The notes: generated by a model not told the origin, from the letters alone. 64,000 nucleotides of DNA from Octopus vulgaris (GCA_951406725.2 OX597840.1:7750001-7814000), one strand, 5' to 3'. Counted from the first letter of the stretch, positions 26,294 through 40,357 are shown. A program made the numbers and translations.

Positions 26294-27939
26294 ACACATG
26301 CATGCTCTTAACATAGTTCTCTGGGAGTTTTAGTGTGATACAGAATGTGACAAAGACGACCCTTTGAAATACCAGTACGACTCATTTTTATCAGCTGAGT
26401 AGACTGGAGCAATGTGAAATTAAGTGGCTTACTTAAGAACACAGTGTGCTGCCAGGAATTGAACTCAGGACCTTATGATTGCAAACTGAGTAACCTAACC
26501 ACTAAGCCATGGCCTCTTCACAGTGTAAGTGTAGGTATCTGTGTGTATAGATGTACACACTCACACAGTTGGTACAGTGAAGATGCATGACTTAGTGGTT
26601 AAGTGCCTTGCAATCATAAGATTGTGTGTTTGTTTTCTGGGTCAACTGACACAGTGTGTCCTTGGGCCAGTTACTGTGTTTTTATTCTGTTCAATCTGAA
26701 AACAATGTTGGCATAGCTCCACTCTCTCTCTCCTTCTCTCAATAACCAATTTCAGTCAATCCATCTAACCCATGCCAGCATGGAAAAAAAAAACAAAAAA
26801 AAAGACAGATGATGATGATGGTACTTGCTACTTGGTCTTGTATGTCTATTGTAGCTATGCTCCATTTATGCTTGGCTGGTTTATCCACTAATGATTAAAC
26901 ACAGAGAGCTGCTTTAATCGCTAATCCTGTGGATTCTTTTGATACTAGAAAAGGATTAGTTAATAGAAGATAAAAAAAATAACATTTCTGGAATGTCTGA
27001 AGAAAAATACCATTCTCCATTTCATGAATTAATCTATATTTTTGCTCAAGAACAGGAAACTTTTACAATCAATTTCCTTTTGAATAGAAACCAATAAATA
27101 AATACATAAAAAATACAAAAAAAAACAAGCTATATACTAATCATGCCAGAAAGAGCACCAGAGATAAAATGGTAAGCAGTGTATTTTGGGGCGTGTTTTC
27201 TTCAAGAGTTAAGAAATGGCATAGTTATTTCACAATAATTAGTTGGAAGCTAAAATTGTCTGTTATTTATATGGAGTTGTTGATGTGGTAGTAGTTGTTG
27301 TTTGTTTGGTAGAATCTGATTTCAATAATGTTAGATTGTGTAGAAATCTAAGATTATAGATTATCCATTCATAAACTATTATTTTTTTAATGTTTTTTTA
27401 ATAGTCAAAAGTCTTGATTCATGGTTTGCAAAGACTTACTGCAGTATGATACAAGGATAAGAGTAACTGTATTGATAATCTTTGGTTTGTAGTATTAATA
27501 CACCACAGATGTGTCGTGTTAGAATGCCAACTATATATACATATAAAAATGTATAAATTTTTAAATATATTTTTCAAATCAAAATCGAAATCGATCAACA
27601 TCAATGGAAATTGTAGCTGTGATACTGTAAGAGAATCATCCGAACGTGGCCATTGCCAGCGCCGCCCTGACTGGCCTTCATGCCGGTGGCACTTCAAAAG
27701 CACCATCTGATTGTGGCCATTGGCAGCCTCGTCTGGCCCCCATGCTGGTGGCATGTAAAAAGCAGCATCCGATCGTAGCCGTTTGCCAGCCTCGTCTGGC
27801 ACCTGTGCAGGAGGCACATAAAAAGCACCCACTGCACTCTCGGAGTGGTTGGTGTTAGGAAGGGCATCCAGCTGTAGAAACATTGCCAAATCATTGTAAA
27901 TCTTTAATAAATAAATATATATAATTGACTATTATATAT

Positions 27940-28285
27940 ATTCTGAGACCTCCTTTGGTCACGACACTGAGCATGGGATTGCACCTACAAAGTTACCCTC
28001 CCAAGCACAAGTCTGAGCAAGGTTTTTATGGAAGACCAGCAGTCGCCCATGCATACCAGCCTCCTCTCTCCACGCCACCAGTGTTAACCAAGGGAAAGGC
28101 AAAAGGGGCCAATACAGCTTGGCACCTGTCATGTCGCAACTCATTTCTACAGCTGAGTGAACTGGAGCAAAGTGAAATAAGGTGTCTTGCTCAAGAACAC
28201 AACATACAGCCCAGTCTGGGATTCGAGCTCACAACCTCACGATCGTAAGCTCAACGCTCTAACCACTGAGCCATGCACCTTCACA
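27940..28285 (-). mobile_element. tRNA-derived SINE family D
   Basis: Minus-strand TGGCTCAGTGGTTAGAGC..TCGAATCCC head, then GTGTTCTTGAGCAAGACAC; related remnants near 5880-6000 and 26300-26520. Confidence 0.75.
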
Positions 28286-28613
28286 TAATATATATATCTT
28301 CAGCATAATACTTACTTTTCTATTCTTACATGGGTCAGATTGAGGCGAAATTTCTATGATTGGATACTCTTTCTGTTACCAACACTGAGCTCTGTTTCCG
28401 GGCAATATTACCCCATGACCAGGAATAATAATAATAATTATTATGGTTTCAAATTTTGGCTTATGGGCAGCAAATTCGGGGTATGTGGAAAGTCAATTAC
28501 ACTGACCCCAGTACTCTACTGGTACTTGTTTTATCGACTTGCAAAAGGGTTAAGCTGACATTTGAAATATATTAACAAGAAATTTTGATGGATGGTTTTA
28601 ATTAAGATTCACT

Positions 28614-29392
28614 TTAACCCTTTAGTTGCCATATTTCTGTTGAAATACACTGCCATTGTTTGATTAATTTTGAAAATGAGGAATTTAGTGAAATAGTTGT
28701 CATTATTAACCCTTTCGTTACCATATCTATTTTGAGATGCTCTGTGTCTCTTTCAATTAATTTTAGATACAACAAAGAATTTAGTAAAATAACTTAGTTA
28801 TCATTAAGCTAGTGTGAGGAACATAAATTGTGACTAAGGTTTGGTGGAAGATTTTAATTCAAAACTTATGAAAACAAGACATTTGTACAACAGAGCCAGG
28901 GCCGGTTTCAGCCAGGTTGGTATCAAAAGGGTTAAATATAACAAAGATTTAGTAAAAATAATTTAGTTATCATTCAGCTAGTGTTAGGAACATAAATTGT
29001 GACTAAGGTTTGGTGGAAGATTTTAATTCGAAACTTATGAAAACAAGACATTTGTACAACAGAGCCAGAGACAGTTTCAGCCGGGTTGGTAACAAAAGGA
29101 TTAAATATAACAAAGAATTTAGTAAAATAACTTAGTTATCAGTAAGCTAGTGTTAGGAACATAAATTGTGACTAAGGTTTGGTGGAAGATTTTAATTTAG
29201 AAATTATGAAAACAAGACATTTGTACAACAGAGCCAGAGGTAGTTTCAGCAGGGTTGGTATCGAAAGGTTTGAAGTGATGTTTGGAATACAAATTAACTT
29301 GAAATTTAATGGATCACTTTGAACTAAGAAGTTTGTGTTGTTGAACCAGTGGGGTTGGGGGTCTCAGGGCAGGCGGGTATTGAAAGGTTTAA
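28614..29392. mobile_element. Nested piggyBac-type MITEs with a triplicated end of about 168 bp
   Basis: TTAACCCTT starts at about 28614 and at 28706; units at about 28763-28931, 28932-29100 and 29101-29269, each ending AAAGG. Confidence 0.7.
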
Positions 29393-30012
29393 ACAGCAAC
29401 AACAAGAACCACAACAATAACAGTAGCAGCAGTAGTATTACTCTCCACCAGGCTGTCTTATTGACCATCAACTGACCACCATCTCTCAGTGGAGCAGAAT
29501 CCAAGGTACTGCTGTGGCTGCTGGAAAACCATCCACAGCAACTCTAATAATAGTGTAAGGTTTTATCTAAGCGACCACATCCAGCTGGCCAGCTGACTGG
29601 TGAACAGTGAAATGGGTGGCAGGCAAAGTAAAGAAAACTGAATTGTGTGTGTGTCCGTGTGTCCGTAGGAAGAGCAGACTCTCCTACAAGTCACCTTGAA
29701 GAACATTGTAGAAGGAAGGGGTGGAAGTAGGAGTGATGGTGGAGTGCTCACTCACCTTGGTGTGGACGAATGAATGAATGAATGAGTGAACTCTATAATT
29801 ATATTGACTATATTGAGTGCTTGTATTCTCTTCCTTTCTTGATCCAGTCACCCCCACATGTGGCTGTGTATGTATGTATGTATGTGTGTGTGTATGTATA
29901 TATATATATATTTTGTTTGTCTGTCTTTTTCTCTCTGTATATTATATATATGTATGTATCATCATCATCATCATCATCGTTTAACGTCATATATGGTATA
30001 TGTATGTATATA

Positions 30013-30061
<49 letters not shown>

Positions 30062-30069
30062 CTTATCTG

Positions 30070-30125
<56 letters not shown>

Positions 30126-30138
30126 GCTTATCTGTGTT

Positions 30139-30172
<34 letters not shown>

Positions 30173-30306
30173 TATACATATATATATATATGTATATATA
30201 TATACATATATATATATGTATATATATATACATATATATATGTATATATATATACATATATATATATGTATATATATATACATATATATATATGTATATA
30301 TATATA

Positions 30307-30455
30307 CTTTATTTAAAAGCAGCAGAAAATTCAACAAAACCTGTTACTCTGAGTTTCATGTTCCCGTTCGTCGGACAGTTTTTGCTGTCCGACGAACGGG
30401 AACATGAAACTCAGAGTAACAGGTTTTGTTGAATTTTCTGCTGCTTTAAATAAAG
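30307..30455. repeat. Near-perfect fold-back (arms about 71 bp) with a hammerhead-like motif on each arm
   Basis: Left arm 30307-30378, loop tttttg, right arm 30385-30455; the element continues to about 30530 and sits in (TA)n. Confidence 0.93.
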
Positions 30456-30528
30456 CATATTACTCTACCACTGGTATTTGAGTACTCTTTTTTTTTTCCA
30501 CCTTGTTTCACTTTTATGTGTTTACTCC

Positions 30529-30564
<36 letters not shown>

Positions 30565-30869
30565 TTTCTGTGTATATGTATCTATATGTGTTTGTGTATG
30601 TATGTGTGTGTGTGTGTATATGTGAATTAGTGTGCATTTTGATGTATGTATGTATGCATACGTGTGTGCATGTGCGTGTGTGTGTGTGTGTGTGTATAGG
30701 CTGCCCAAAAGTAATTGATAATCTCCAACTATCTAGGTGACTTGATTAGCAGCAGCGGAAAGTTTTCAGAAAGTAAAATAGCTATCCACACACACAAGTT
30801 GTGTCCTGAAGTCGATGTCATCAACTTCCCACTGCAAATTTAGGCCTTGTGCCTATAGTAGATAAGATT

Positions 30870-30908
<39 letters not shown>

Positions 30909-30913
30909 CACAC

Positions 30914-30949
<36 letters not shown>

Positions 30950-30955
30950 CTTATG

Positions 30956-31003
<48 letters not shown>

Positions 31004-32183
31004 CAATTGGATGCACTTTGTTTTATAAGATTATTGTAATTCTGTTAGACTGTCACCAGTCTTTAGTAAAAGTTAAAGTAACTGGAGCATAGAGTGTATT
31101 ATAGATATTATTATGAGATAGAGTTAACTCATGTAATTGTCTGAGATATTTGCAAATCTGTACAGAATCACACACATATGTACATGCTTGTGTGTATAAA
31201 AAGCACCATCCGTACGTGGCTGATGCCAGTGCCGCCTGACTGGCTTTTGTGCTGGTGGAACGTAAAAAGCACCAACTGTTTGTAGCCGTTGCTAGCCTAC
31301 CCTGGCACGTAAAAAGCACCATCCGTACGTGGCCGATGCCAGCACTGCCTTGACTGGCTTCCGTGTCGGTGGCATGTAAAAACCACCAACCGATCGTGGC
31401 CATTGCTAGCCTACCCTGGCACGTAAAAAGCACCATCCATACGTGGCCGATACCAGCGCCGCCTTGACTGGCTTCTGTGTCGGTGGCATGTAAAAACCAC
31501 CAACCGATTTTGGCTGTTGCCAGCCTCCCCTGGCACCTGTGCCATTGGCATGTAAAAAGCACCCATTACTCTCACGGAGTGGTTGGTGTTAGGAAGGGCA
31601 TCCAGCTGTAGAAACCTTGAAGATTGTAGAAACCTTGAAGACAAAATTATCAGTAACTTTACATTTCACAGTAAGATTATAAAAGCGAAAGCTTATGTAT
31701 TTAAAAATGATCAGACTGGAGCTTGGTGCAACCTCCTGGTTTTCCAGACCCCGGTCGAACCGTCCAACCCATGCTAGCATGGAAAGCGGACGTTAAATGA
31801 TGATGATATATAAATATATATATATAACTTGATACATACATACATGCACATCTATCTACTCATATACACATTTTATTTATTTATTTTATTTTCTATTTTA
31901 TCTAGTTTCAGCTCATGAGCTGTGGCCATGCTGGGGCACCGCCATATACACATTCATTATACACTTTCAGATTTCATGTATTATGCATTAAATGTTACCT
32001 AACATACTTTCACTAATCAGTTGTATTTTTTCTTGTATAAATGTTAATCCAAAAAAAGCATTGCTCTTCTATTGACATAGCTGTATTTCTGTTGCTTTTG
32101 TGGGAAAACAAGTAGAAACCGAATATTATTATTATTATTATTATTATCACTGTTAACAAAGATTTATTTTATTTTATTTCCAG

Positions 32184-32286
32184 GCTATGACATGTCAACT
32201 TTCATTAGAAGATATGCCAAATATTTGAACGAAAAAGCCATTTCTTACAGATTAATGGCATTCGACTTCTGTAAAATAAAGAGAGG
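32184..32286 (+). CDS. PICALM: PICALM/AP180 exon: [34 protein letters not shown]
   Basis: tttccag| ... GG|gtatgg; 103 nt, phase 1-2. Near-identical to [35 protein letters not shown]. Confidence 0.97.
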
Positions 32287-32374
32287 GTATGGAATATCTA
32301 TATCTATCTATCTATATATATATATCTGTATTATTCTGTCTGTCAATTCATCCATCTATCTATGTGTTTGTCTG

Positions 32375-32410
<36 letters not shown>

Positions 32411-32690
32411 CATAGCTATATGCATGTTATTCTGTGAGTAGTGCATATATGTAATAAATGCAGTATTTTAATATTGTTATTTATGTGTGAGTTGGTATAG
32501 TTGTTTTATCGATAATACGTGAATGTAATGTATAATGCAGATACGTAATATGCGTAGTGCTTTTAACATATATATATATATATACACACATGCACAAAGA
32601 GTGAAGTTTATATATGTATATAGATATGTTTTACTAATGTGTACGTGTTATATATAATGCATATATGTGTAATATGCAAAGTGCTTTGAC

Positions 32691-32791
<101 letters not shown>

Positions 32792-33089
32792 TGTATCAAA
32801 TGAAATAAATGAAAAACAGGATACAAAGGATGTTGCGGTACATATGTTTCGACCTTTATAGAACACCTTATTCTTGCATCAATGCATAATGTATTCACTC
32901 TGAATTTATATATTTGTATATATATATGTATATATATTTGTGTGTGTGTAAATATATGTATGTGAATATCTAATATATACGTATGTATATAAACTTCACC
33001 CTTCTCAGTGGTCTTCAGGGTCCATATGACACTTGGAGGTCTATATAAGATGGCATCATTAAAGTTTGAGCAATAGATTGGTTATACTT

Positions 33090-33530
33090 CTACAATGCAC
33101 ACTGTGCACTTCATCCATGCAGGGCTTAGCAACTGTCTCCAGCATCTCAACATGTCTAGCAGCATCACTTCTGAGACCTGTAGAAAGAAGTGAAGTGGCA
33201 TGACACGACCTTCATTACTTTCACTCCTACAACCATCACAATTGCCAGAAACTTAGTGTGCATCACTCTGGGGGACATTAGAAGGATCTGTACTCAACCA
33301 TCTGTCATTTCTCCAGTTAGACATCTTGTATTGGTTGAAAATTTTCTCATCAGAGAAGAACTAAAGTATACCATATTTATGAGGGGTTTTGACTTAAGGT
33401 AACCTTGGCATGAATCAAAAAGTTTTCTGATGTCTTTGTGGCATCTTGGGCAAGTGTCTTCTGCTATAGCCCCGGGCCGACCAATGCCTTGTGAGTGGAT
33501 TTGGTAGACAGAAACTGAAAGAAGCCTATC

Positions 33531-33580
<50 letters not shown>

Positions 33581-34512
33581 ATGTGTGTCTGTGTTTGTCT
33601 CCCTAGCATTGCTTGACAACCGATGCTGGTGTGTTTACGTCCCCGTCACTTAGCGGTTCAGCAAAGAGACCGATAGAATAAGTACTGGGCTTACAAAAGA
33701 ATAAGTTCCAGGGTCGATTTGCTCGACTAAAGGCGGTGCTCCAGCATGGCCGCAGTCAAATGACTGAAACATGTAAAAGAGTAAAGAGAGAGTAGACATG
33801 AATTGGCTACTCATTAGTTCATAAGACTGGAATATCCTTATGCGCCAAGTACTTCTGGTTTACTCCAGCACCTGAGCCTTTTTTGTGGTTGCCCTCAATG
33901 GTTTTCCAAGGTTACCACTGCTAATGTTTTGAACCTTTTGATTGAATTGGTTTCCTTATAGTGTCGGAACATTCAGAATGTAATTTTCCCCTCTGTGATT
34001 CAGTTGAAATGTTCTCATCAGAGGCTTCCAATACCATCCAAGCTTTGTGTACAAAAGATCTTGCAACATTTAGAAAATTGGTAATTTCTAAAAATACTGT
34101 GTTTTGTTAAGTTAGTAAACTTAATTTTTTGGCTCAAAAAGCAAAAAGCAAGGCCATGTAGGGGGACATGGAGTTATGTACAGGGAGGTGTTCATGCAAA
34201 GAGTTCAGGCCATTTCAAGTCTCTCTTGACCAGAAATGGCCTGAACTCTTTGCATGAACACCCACCCTGTACATATTTCCATGTCCCCCTACATGGCCTT
34301 GCTTTTTGCTTTTTGAGCCAAAAAATTAACTTAACTAAACTTAACAGAACATATGGCCGCAATCACTGCATGCCTTTTCATTTCTTGTGTTAGTGCTTTA
34401 TCTGCCATAAAGAAGGGATCTGAAAGAAATACTAAAAAAGCAACTTTTAATTGGTTTGAGGAGAGTAATATACTGAGAAGTAAGTGTTCTTAAATGCTCT
34501 TTGCACCCTGTA
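33090..34512 (-). mobile_element. Degenerate Tc1/mariner (maT/DD37D-like) element, interrupted by a SINE and the LINE fold-back
   Basis: Minus-strand MADKALTQEMKRHAVIAAI and SDEKIFNQ..NWRNDRWL..VMHTKF..VMVVGV; end TACAGGGTGC. Confidence 0.65.
34099..34351. mobile_element. Head-to-head fold-back of a CR1-like LINE 3' end
   Basis: Arms of about 110 bp, each ending outward in an (AACTT)n-type tail; same sequence as the LINE end at 43974-44177. Confidence 0.88.
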
Positions 34513-34955
34513 TATATAAATAAAAGGACTTGAAGGCCATGGTTGGAATGACCTAGAACTAAACAACAGCAACTGCCTTGAGCTTGTGGTAGCTCCCCGT
34601 TACCTAGGTGACCTCGTTAGTGCTCAAATTAGTTTCTGTTACCTTGATGACCTAACTAGTGTTAGAAGTAGTTTCTGTTACCTAGGTGACTTAACTAGTT
34701 TTGTAGGTAGTTGTAGTGATTTTATAGCAATAAGCAGAAATGGTACAGACAGGTGTTTGGCTGGTGTAGGCATGAAAGGGCTTGTTTCTCCCATTTAAAT
34801 TGTGGACCACATGGCAGGTGTGTCTAGGACAGCGGAGAGAAATGCTCTGCTGTGTGTGCAACATGAACTTGCACACCCACTGTTTAATATATAAATGTGT
34901 GTGCGTTTATGTATTTGTGTACGTGTATACATGTATATATAAATGTGTGTATGTA

Positions 34956-35341
34956 TGGAGGCGCAATGGCCCAGTGGTTAGGGCAGTGGACTCGCGGTCA
35001 TAGGATCACGGTTTCGATTCCCAGACCGGGTGTTGTGAGTGTTTATTGAGCGAAAACACCTAAAAGCTCCACGAGGCTCCGGCAGGGGATGGTGGTGATC
35101 CCTGCTGTACTCTTTCACCACAACTTTCTCTCACTCTTACTTCCTGTTTCTGTTGTACCTGTATTTCAAGGGGCCGGCCTTGTCACTCTCTGTGTCACAC
35201 TGAATATCCCCGAGAACTACGTTAAAGGTGCACGTGTCTGTGGAGTGCTCAGCCACTTACACGTTAATTTCACGAGCAGGCTGTTCCGTTGATTCGGATC
35301 AACCGGAACCCTCATCGTCGTAACCGACGGAGTGCTTCCAT
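34956..35341 (+). mobile_element. tRNA-derived SINE (Arg-like head)
   Basis: TGGCCCAGTGGTTAGGGC A box and TTCGATTCCC B box, followed by about 300 bp of non-tRNA body; inserted in a TG/TA tract. Confidence 0.75.
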
Positions 35342-35937
35342 AGTGTATGTATATGTGTGTGTGTGTGTGTGTGTATACAGATTTTTTTTTTTCGTGGTTG
35401 GCTGATCAAAGATAGAACAGACATGTAACTGTAAAATCAATGACTCTTTTCGTTTCCGCTCTTGTTATGCTTTGGTCATTGGACTGTGGCCGTACTGGAC
35501 CAAACTTATGGGACATAAACACAGAGACGCCATTCTGTTTTATCTCCCCCCAACTGTTGTCGAACCCAAAGACGGACATGTACAAGTGTGTGCACACATG
35601 CATGCATGTGTAACATGTATTTGTATGTATGTATGTATACATGGTCTGATCAATAAGTATCCGAAGTGTTGCCATAGTAATGATGCTAAGTCACGCAGAG
35701 TGAAACCGGTTGGCACAGATTGACCTTAAATTCTGCTGTACTTGTTAATATCCCATCCCACTGGTCAGCCATGACGGAGCTGACCAATGGCCAAAAGCGT
35801 TATCGCTGTGGTGATTTCTGTCATAGTAGTTGTGGTAGGGTGGGCATGGATGGAAACACAGCTTGGTGTTTTGGAGATGTAGAAACTGTCATCATTCTAA
35901 AATTTGTTATATCTTTTCTCTTCTCTTCTTTTTACAG

Positions 35938-35977
35938 AAAAGATGACGGAACGTTAAGAACAATGAATGCAGAAAAG
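35938..35977 (+). CDS. PICALM: PICALM/AP180 exon: KDDGTLRTMNAEK
   Basis: Polypyrimidine tract with tttacag| ... AAG|gtaaga; 40 nt, phase 2-0. Compare PICALM ADGVMRTMNTEK. Confidence 0.95.
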
Positions 35978-36877
35978 GTAAGATTCGGTTCAGTAGTTTT
36001 GTACTCTCTCTCTCTCTCTCCATCTTTCTCTTTGATGTCTCTCTCCCTATTGCTTTCTCTCTATCTCTCTTTCTTCTCTCTCTCTCTCCATCTTTTTCTC
36101 TGATGTCTCTCTCCCTCTCGCTTCCTCTATATCTCTCTTCCTTCTCTCTCTCTCTCTTTCTGTCACTCATCATCATCATCATTTAGCGTCCACTTTCCAT
36201 GCTAGCATGGGTTGGACAATTCAACTGGGGTCTGGGAAGCCAGGAGGCTGCACCAAGCCCAGTCTGATCTGGCAGTGTTTCTACTTTTTTTCTTTCATCT
36301 TTTATTTGTTTCAGTCTAATGACTGTGACCATGCTGGAGCACCACCTTGAATGAATTGACCCCAGTGCCTTTTTTCTAAGCCTTGTACTTATTCCATCAG
36401 TCTCTTTTGCTGAACTGCTAAGTTATGGGGACATAAACACACCAACAATGGTTGTCAAGTACGACACACACACACACACACATACACACACATACACACG
36501 ACAGGCTTCTTGCAGTTTCTATCTAACAAATCCACCACAAGGTTTTGGTTGGGATCGAACCCAGAACTATGTGGTTGAAATGCAAATTTATTATTATTAT
36601 TTAACAAGAATAGTATCTTTCCCCATAAATAAGTTTTCACTTAGCAACATATTTTTTACAATAAGAAAAGAAAAAATACATTAAAAGTATAAAAGATCGA
36701 ATTATTGAGAAGAAAAAGTGGCTGTGTGGTAAGTAGCTTGCTAACCAACCATATGGTTCCGGGTTCAGTCCCACTGCGTGGCATCTTGGGCAAGTGTCTT
36801 CTACTATAGCCTTGGGCTGACCAATGCCTTGTGAGTGGATTTGGTAGACGGAAACTGAAAGAAGCCTGTCGTATATA

Positions 36878-37387
36878 TCTATATATATAAAACTGTAGTG
36901 TGAGTGTCTGTCCCCTTCGATTTAGATTCCTAACTACTCCCACATTTTGCGGTGCAGTTTAACCAAATTCGGGTATCTTATAGTCGTGATTCATATCGAG
37001 CCCGTCTGAGTATTAGCGCGTGTCTACGATGAGTCTACGATTTTAAAAATAATTTAACATAATTTTTTATTCTATTTTAATGCATAATTTTTCGTGTGTC
37101 GATGGCGGCGGAGTTGGCGTCCATGGTCACACCTGCACCTGTTTGCTTCTCCCCCTTCCTTCCTCCCTCGTGAAGCTGTGGGGAAGGGAGTGTAAGGAAA
37201 TCAACGTCGTAAAGCGTTGTCAAGGAGACCAGCGTTCTTTTAGAACAACGACTTCATGGCTTGAAGACACCAAAACAGCAATGGCTAAGAAAGCCCGAAT
37301 TGGCATCTATAAGGGAAGTAACTCTCTAAAAATGCTTATATAGTTATTTCCCTTACAAACCCGAGCAACGCCGGGTGATACTGCTAG
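36878..37387 (+). mobile_element. Non-autonomous Helitron nested in a SINE
   Basis: TC...hairpin...CTAG termini shared with the 11528 copy; interrupts the (TA)n of the SINE at about 36718-37615. Confidence 0.88.
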
Positions 37388-40315
37388 TATATATATATAT
37401 GTGTGCGTGTATGTTTGTGTGTCTGTGTTTGTCCCCCTAGCATTGCTTGACAACCGATGCTGGTGTGTTTATGTCCCCATCACTTAGCGGTTCGGCAAAA
37501 GAGACCGATAGAATAAGTCCCGGGGTCGATTTGCTCGACTAAAGGCGGTGCTCCAGCATGGCCGCAGTCAAAATGACTGAAACAAGTAAAAGAGTAAAAG
37601 AGAGAGAGAGAGAGAATAACTACCTCACCAAGGAAATAAAAAAAGTAGAAGAAAAAATGGAGCAGGGGTGGGAGTGGAATTAAGCATCAAAAGATGAGGA
37701 GGCTGTAGCAGGTTGTACACCCAACACCAAATGACATGTTCAGCAGCATCTCGTGGACATAAATGCAAAGGCATTGCTACAGAATGGCCGGTAACACTCC
37801 CTGCAACAGCCCCCCACCTCCTTGCAGGTCTAATTTCTCAGACAGGTCGTTTTTCTCATTGTCTTTCCTTTAACTGATGTCTCCCTGGGACTGTCTCTAC
37901 TTCTTTTATACAGACTTCCTGTTTTTAAAGTGAGCTTAATTAAAACCTTCTGTCAAGATTTGATGTTAATTTATGTTCCAAATACCAGTAGGCTTAGTTG
38001 TTCATTTTGCAACCACAAGCACCTTATGCAGAAAGCATCTTCTAGTACAACCCTGAGCTGACCAATGCCTTGTGAATGAATTTGGGTGGTAACTGAAATT
38101 GTGCATCATTCTATGTACTGAATGTGCACTTTTGGCTATCGTTTCTGATGAGTTGTAGTGCACCTGAGAGCACTGTATACAATAAGTTCATTATATAGGT
38201 GCAGGAGTGGCTGTGTGGTAACTGGCTTGCTTACCAGCCACATGGTTCTGGGTTCATTCCACTGCATGGCACCATGGGCATGTCTTCTACTATAGCCTCG
38301 GGTCGACCAAAGCCTTGAGTGGATTTGGTAGACAGAAACTGAAAGAAGCCTGTTGTATATATATATATATATGTGTGTGTGTGTATGTGTGTGTGTATAT
38401 GTTTGTGTGTCAGTGTTTGTCCCCACCAACATCGACTGACAACTGATGCTGGTGTGTTTAGATCCCTGTAACTTAGCAGTTCGGCAAAAGAGACCGATAG
38501 AATAAGTACTGGGCTTACAAGGAATAAATTGACCCCAGATGGTCACAAATGGAATGTCTTTAACTATGGGGATGATGAATTTGGAAGGAGAATATCCTGA
38601 ACGATAGATATTTCCATGCGTTTAGTGTGAAAATTTTTCAGTTTGCAACATTGTGTTGTATAACCAGACCATTACATATTAAGATATATGGTTGTGTGTG
38701 TGTATATATATATATGTGTGTGTGTGTGTATGTGCTTATGCAGAAGCCTGTTAGCTTGACAGATATGACTCATCGTGTGTCTGATTCATTGGCGCGATGT
38801 AATAAATGTACGTTGGACACGCATTTCAGAGCTTAAAAGCAGCAGACATTCAGCTGTTTGTCATTCATAATTATTTGATTACCAACTACACACACAGGTA
38901 AAATACAGGTAACATGGTGTGTGTGTGTGTGTGTGTATTGGGTATGTGTGTGTGTGTGTGTTGGGTGTTACTACAGAATTTATTAAAGTCAAAGGAACAG
39001 AAGTAGTAGTAGTAGTAGGTGATAGTAGTAGTAGTAGTAGTAATAGTAGTAGAGTAATGGTAGTAGTTGTAGTAGTAGTAGTAGTAGTAATATGTGATAG
39101 TAGTAGTAGTATTAGTAGTAGTAGTAGTAGTAGTATTAGGTGGTAGTAGTAGTAGTAATAGTAGTAGTAGTAGTAGTAAGGATAGTTGAAGTGACAAAAT
39201 ATAAACAATGCATCATGGGATTGTTAAGAGTGTGTGTGTGTGTGTGCAAGATTGTTTGCACATATAGGCGCAGGAGTGGCTGTGTGGTAAGTAGCTTGCT
39301 AACCAACCACATGGTTCCGGGTTCAGTCCCACTGCTTGACACCTTGGGCAAGTGTTTTCTACTATAGCCTCGGGTCGACCGAAGCCTTGTGAGTGGATTT
39401 GGTAGACGGAAACTGAAAGAAGCCTGTCGTATATATGTATGTGTGTTTGTGTGTCTGTGTTTGTTCCCCTAGCATTGCTTGACAACCGATGCTGGAGAGT
39501 TTACGTCCCCGTAACTTAGCGGTTCGGCAAAAGGGACCAATGGAATAAGTACTAGGCTTACAAAAAAATGAGTCCTGGGGGTCGATTTGCTCGACTAAAG
39601 GCGGTGCTCCAGCATGGCTGCAGTCAAAATGACTGAAACAAGTAAAAGAGTAAAAGGGAAAAAGAGAGTATATGTGCATGTAAGATTGCTTGCACATCTG
39701 CATGTGCATAGATATGTGTATGTATGTGCATGATTTGGTGTCCAAAAGATGCATGCTTCTTATTTCTTTATTGTCCACAAGGGGCTAAACATAGAGGGGA
39801 CAAACAAGGACAGACAAACGGATTAAGTCAATTAGATCGATTGCAGTACACAACTGGTACTTATTTAATCGACCCCGAAAGGATGAAAGGCAAAGTCGAC
39901 CTTGGCGGAATTTGAACTCAGAACGTAACTGCAGACGAAATACGGCTACGCATTTCGCCCGGCGTGCTAACGTTTCTGCCAGGTTTGTGTGTGTAAGATT
40001 GTCTGTACAGTAATCCCTCGACAATCACGGGTGTTATGATCCTAAACTCTCTGTGATGGGTGAAAATCGACTAAGTAGAAACAGTACTCTTTTACTCTTT
40101 TGCTTGTTTCAGTCATTTGACTGTGGCCATGCTGGAGCACTGCCTTTAGTCGAGCAAATCGACCCCAGGACTTATTCTTTGTAAGCCTACTACTTATTCT
40201 ATTGGTCTCTTTTGCCGAACCGCTAAGTTACGGTGACGTAAACACAGCAGCATTGGTTGTCAAGCGATGTTGGGGGGGACAAACATATACACACACACAC
40301 ATACACACACAGATA

Positions 40316-40357
<42 letters not shown>

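Noticed and set aside
27145-27176. Strong donor ATG|gtaagc
   Set aside because: The upstream ATG frame is phase 2 and the phase-1 frame has a stop. A non-coding first exon cannot be supported from sequence alone.
34956-35030. tRNA genes (here and in other SINE heads)
   Set aside because: A and B boxes are present but there is no clean cloverleaf, and each continues into a SINE body.
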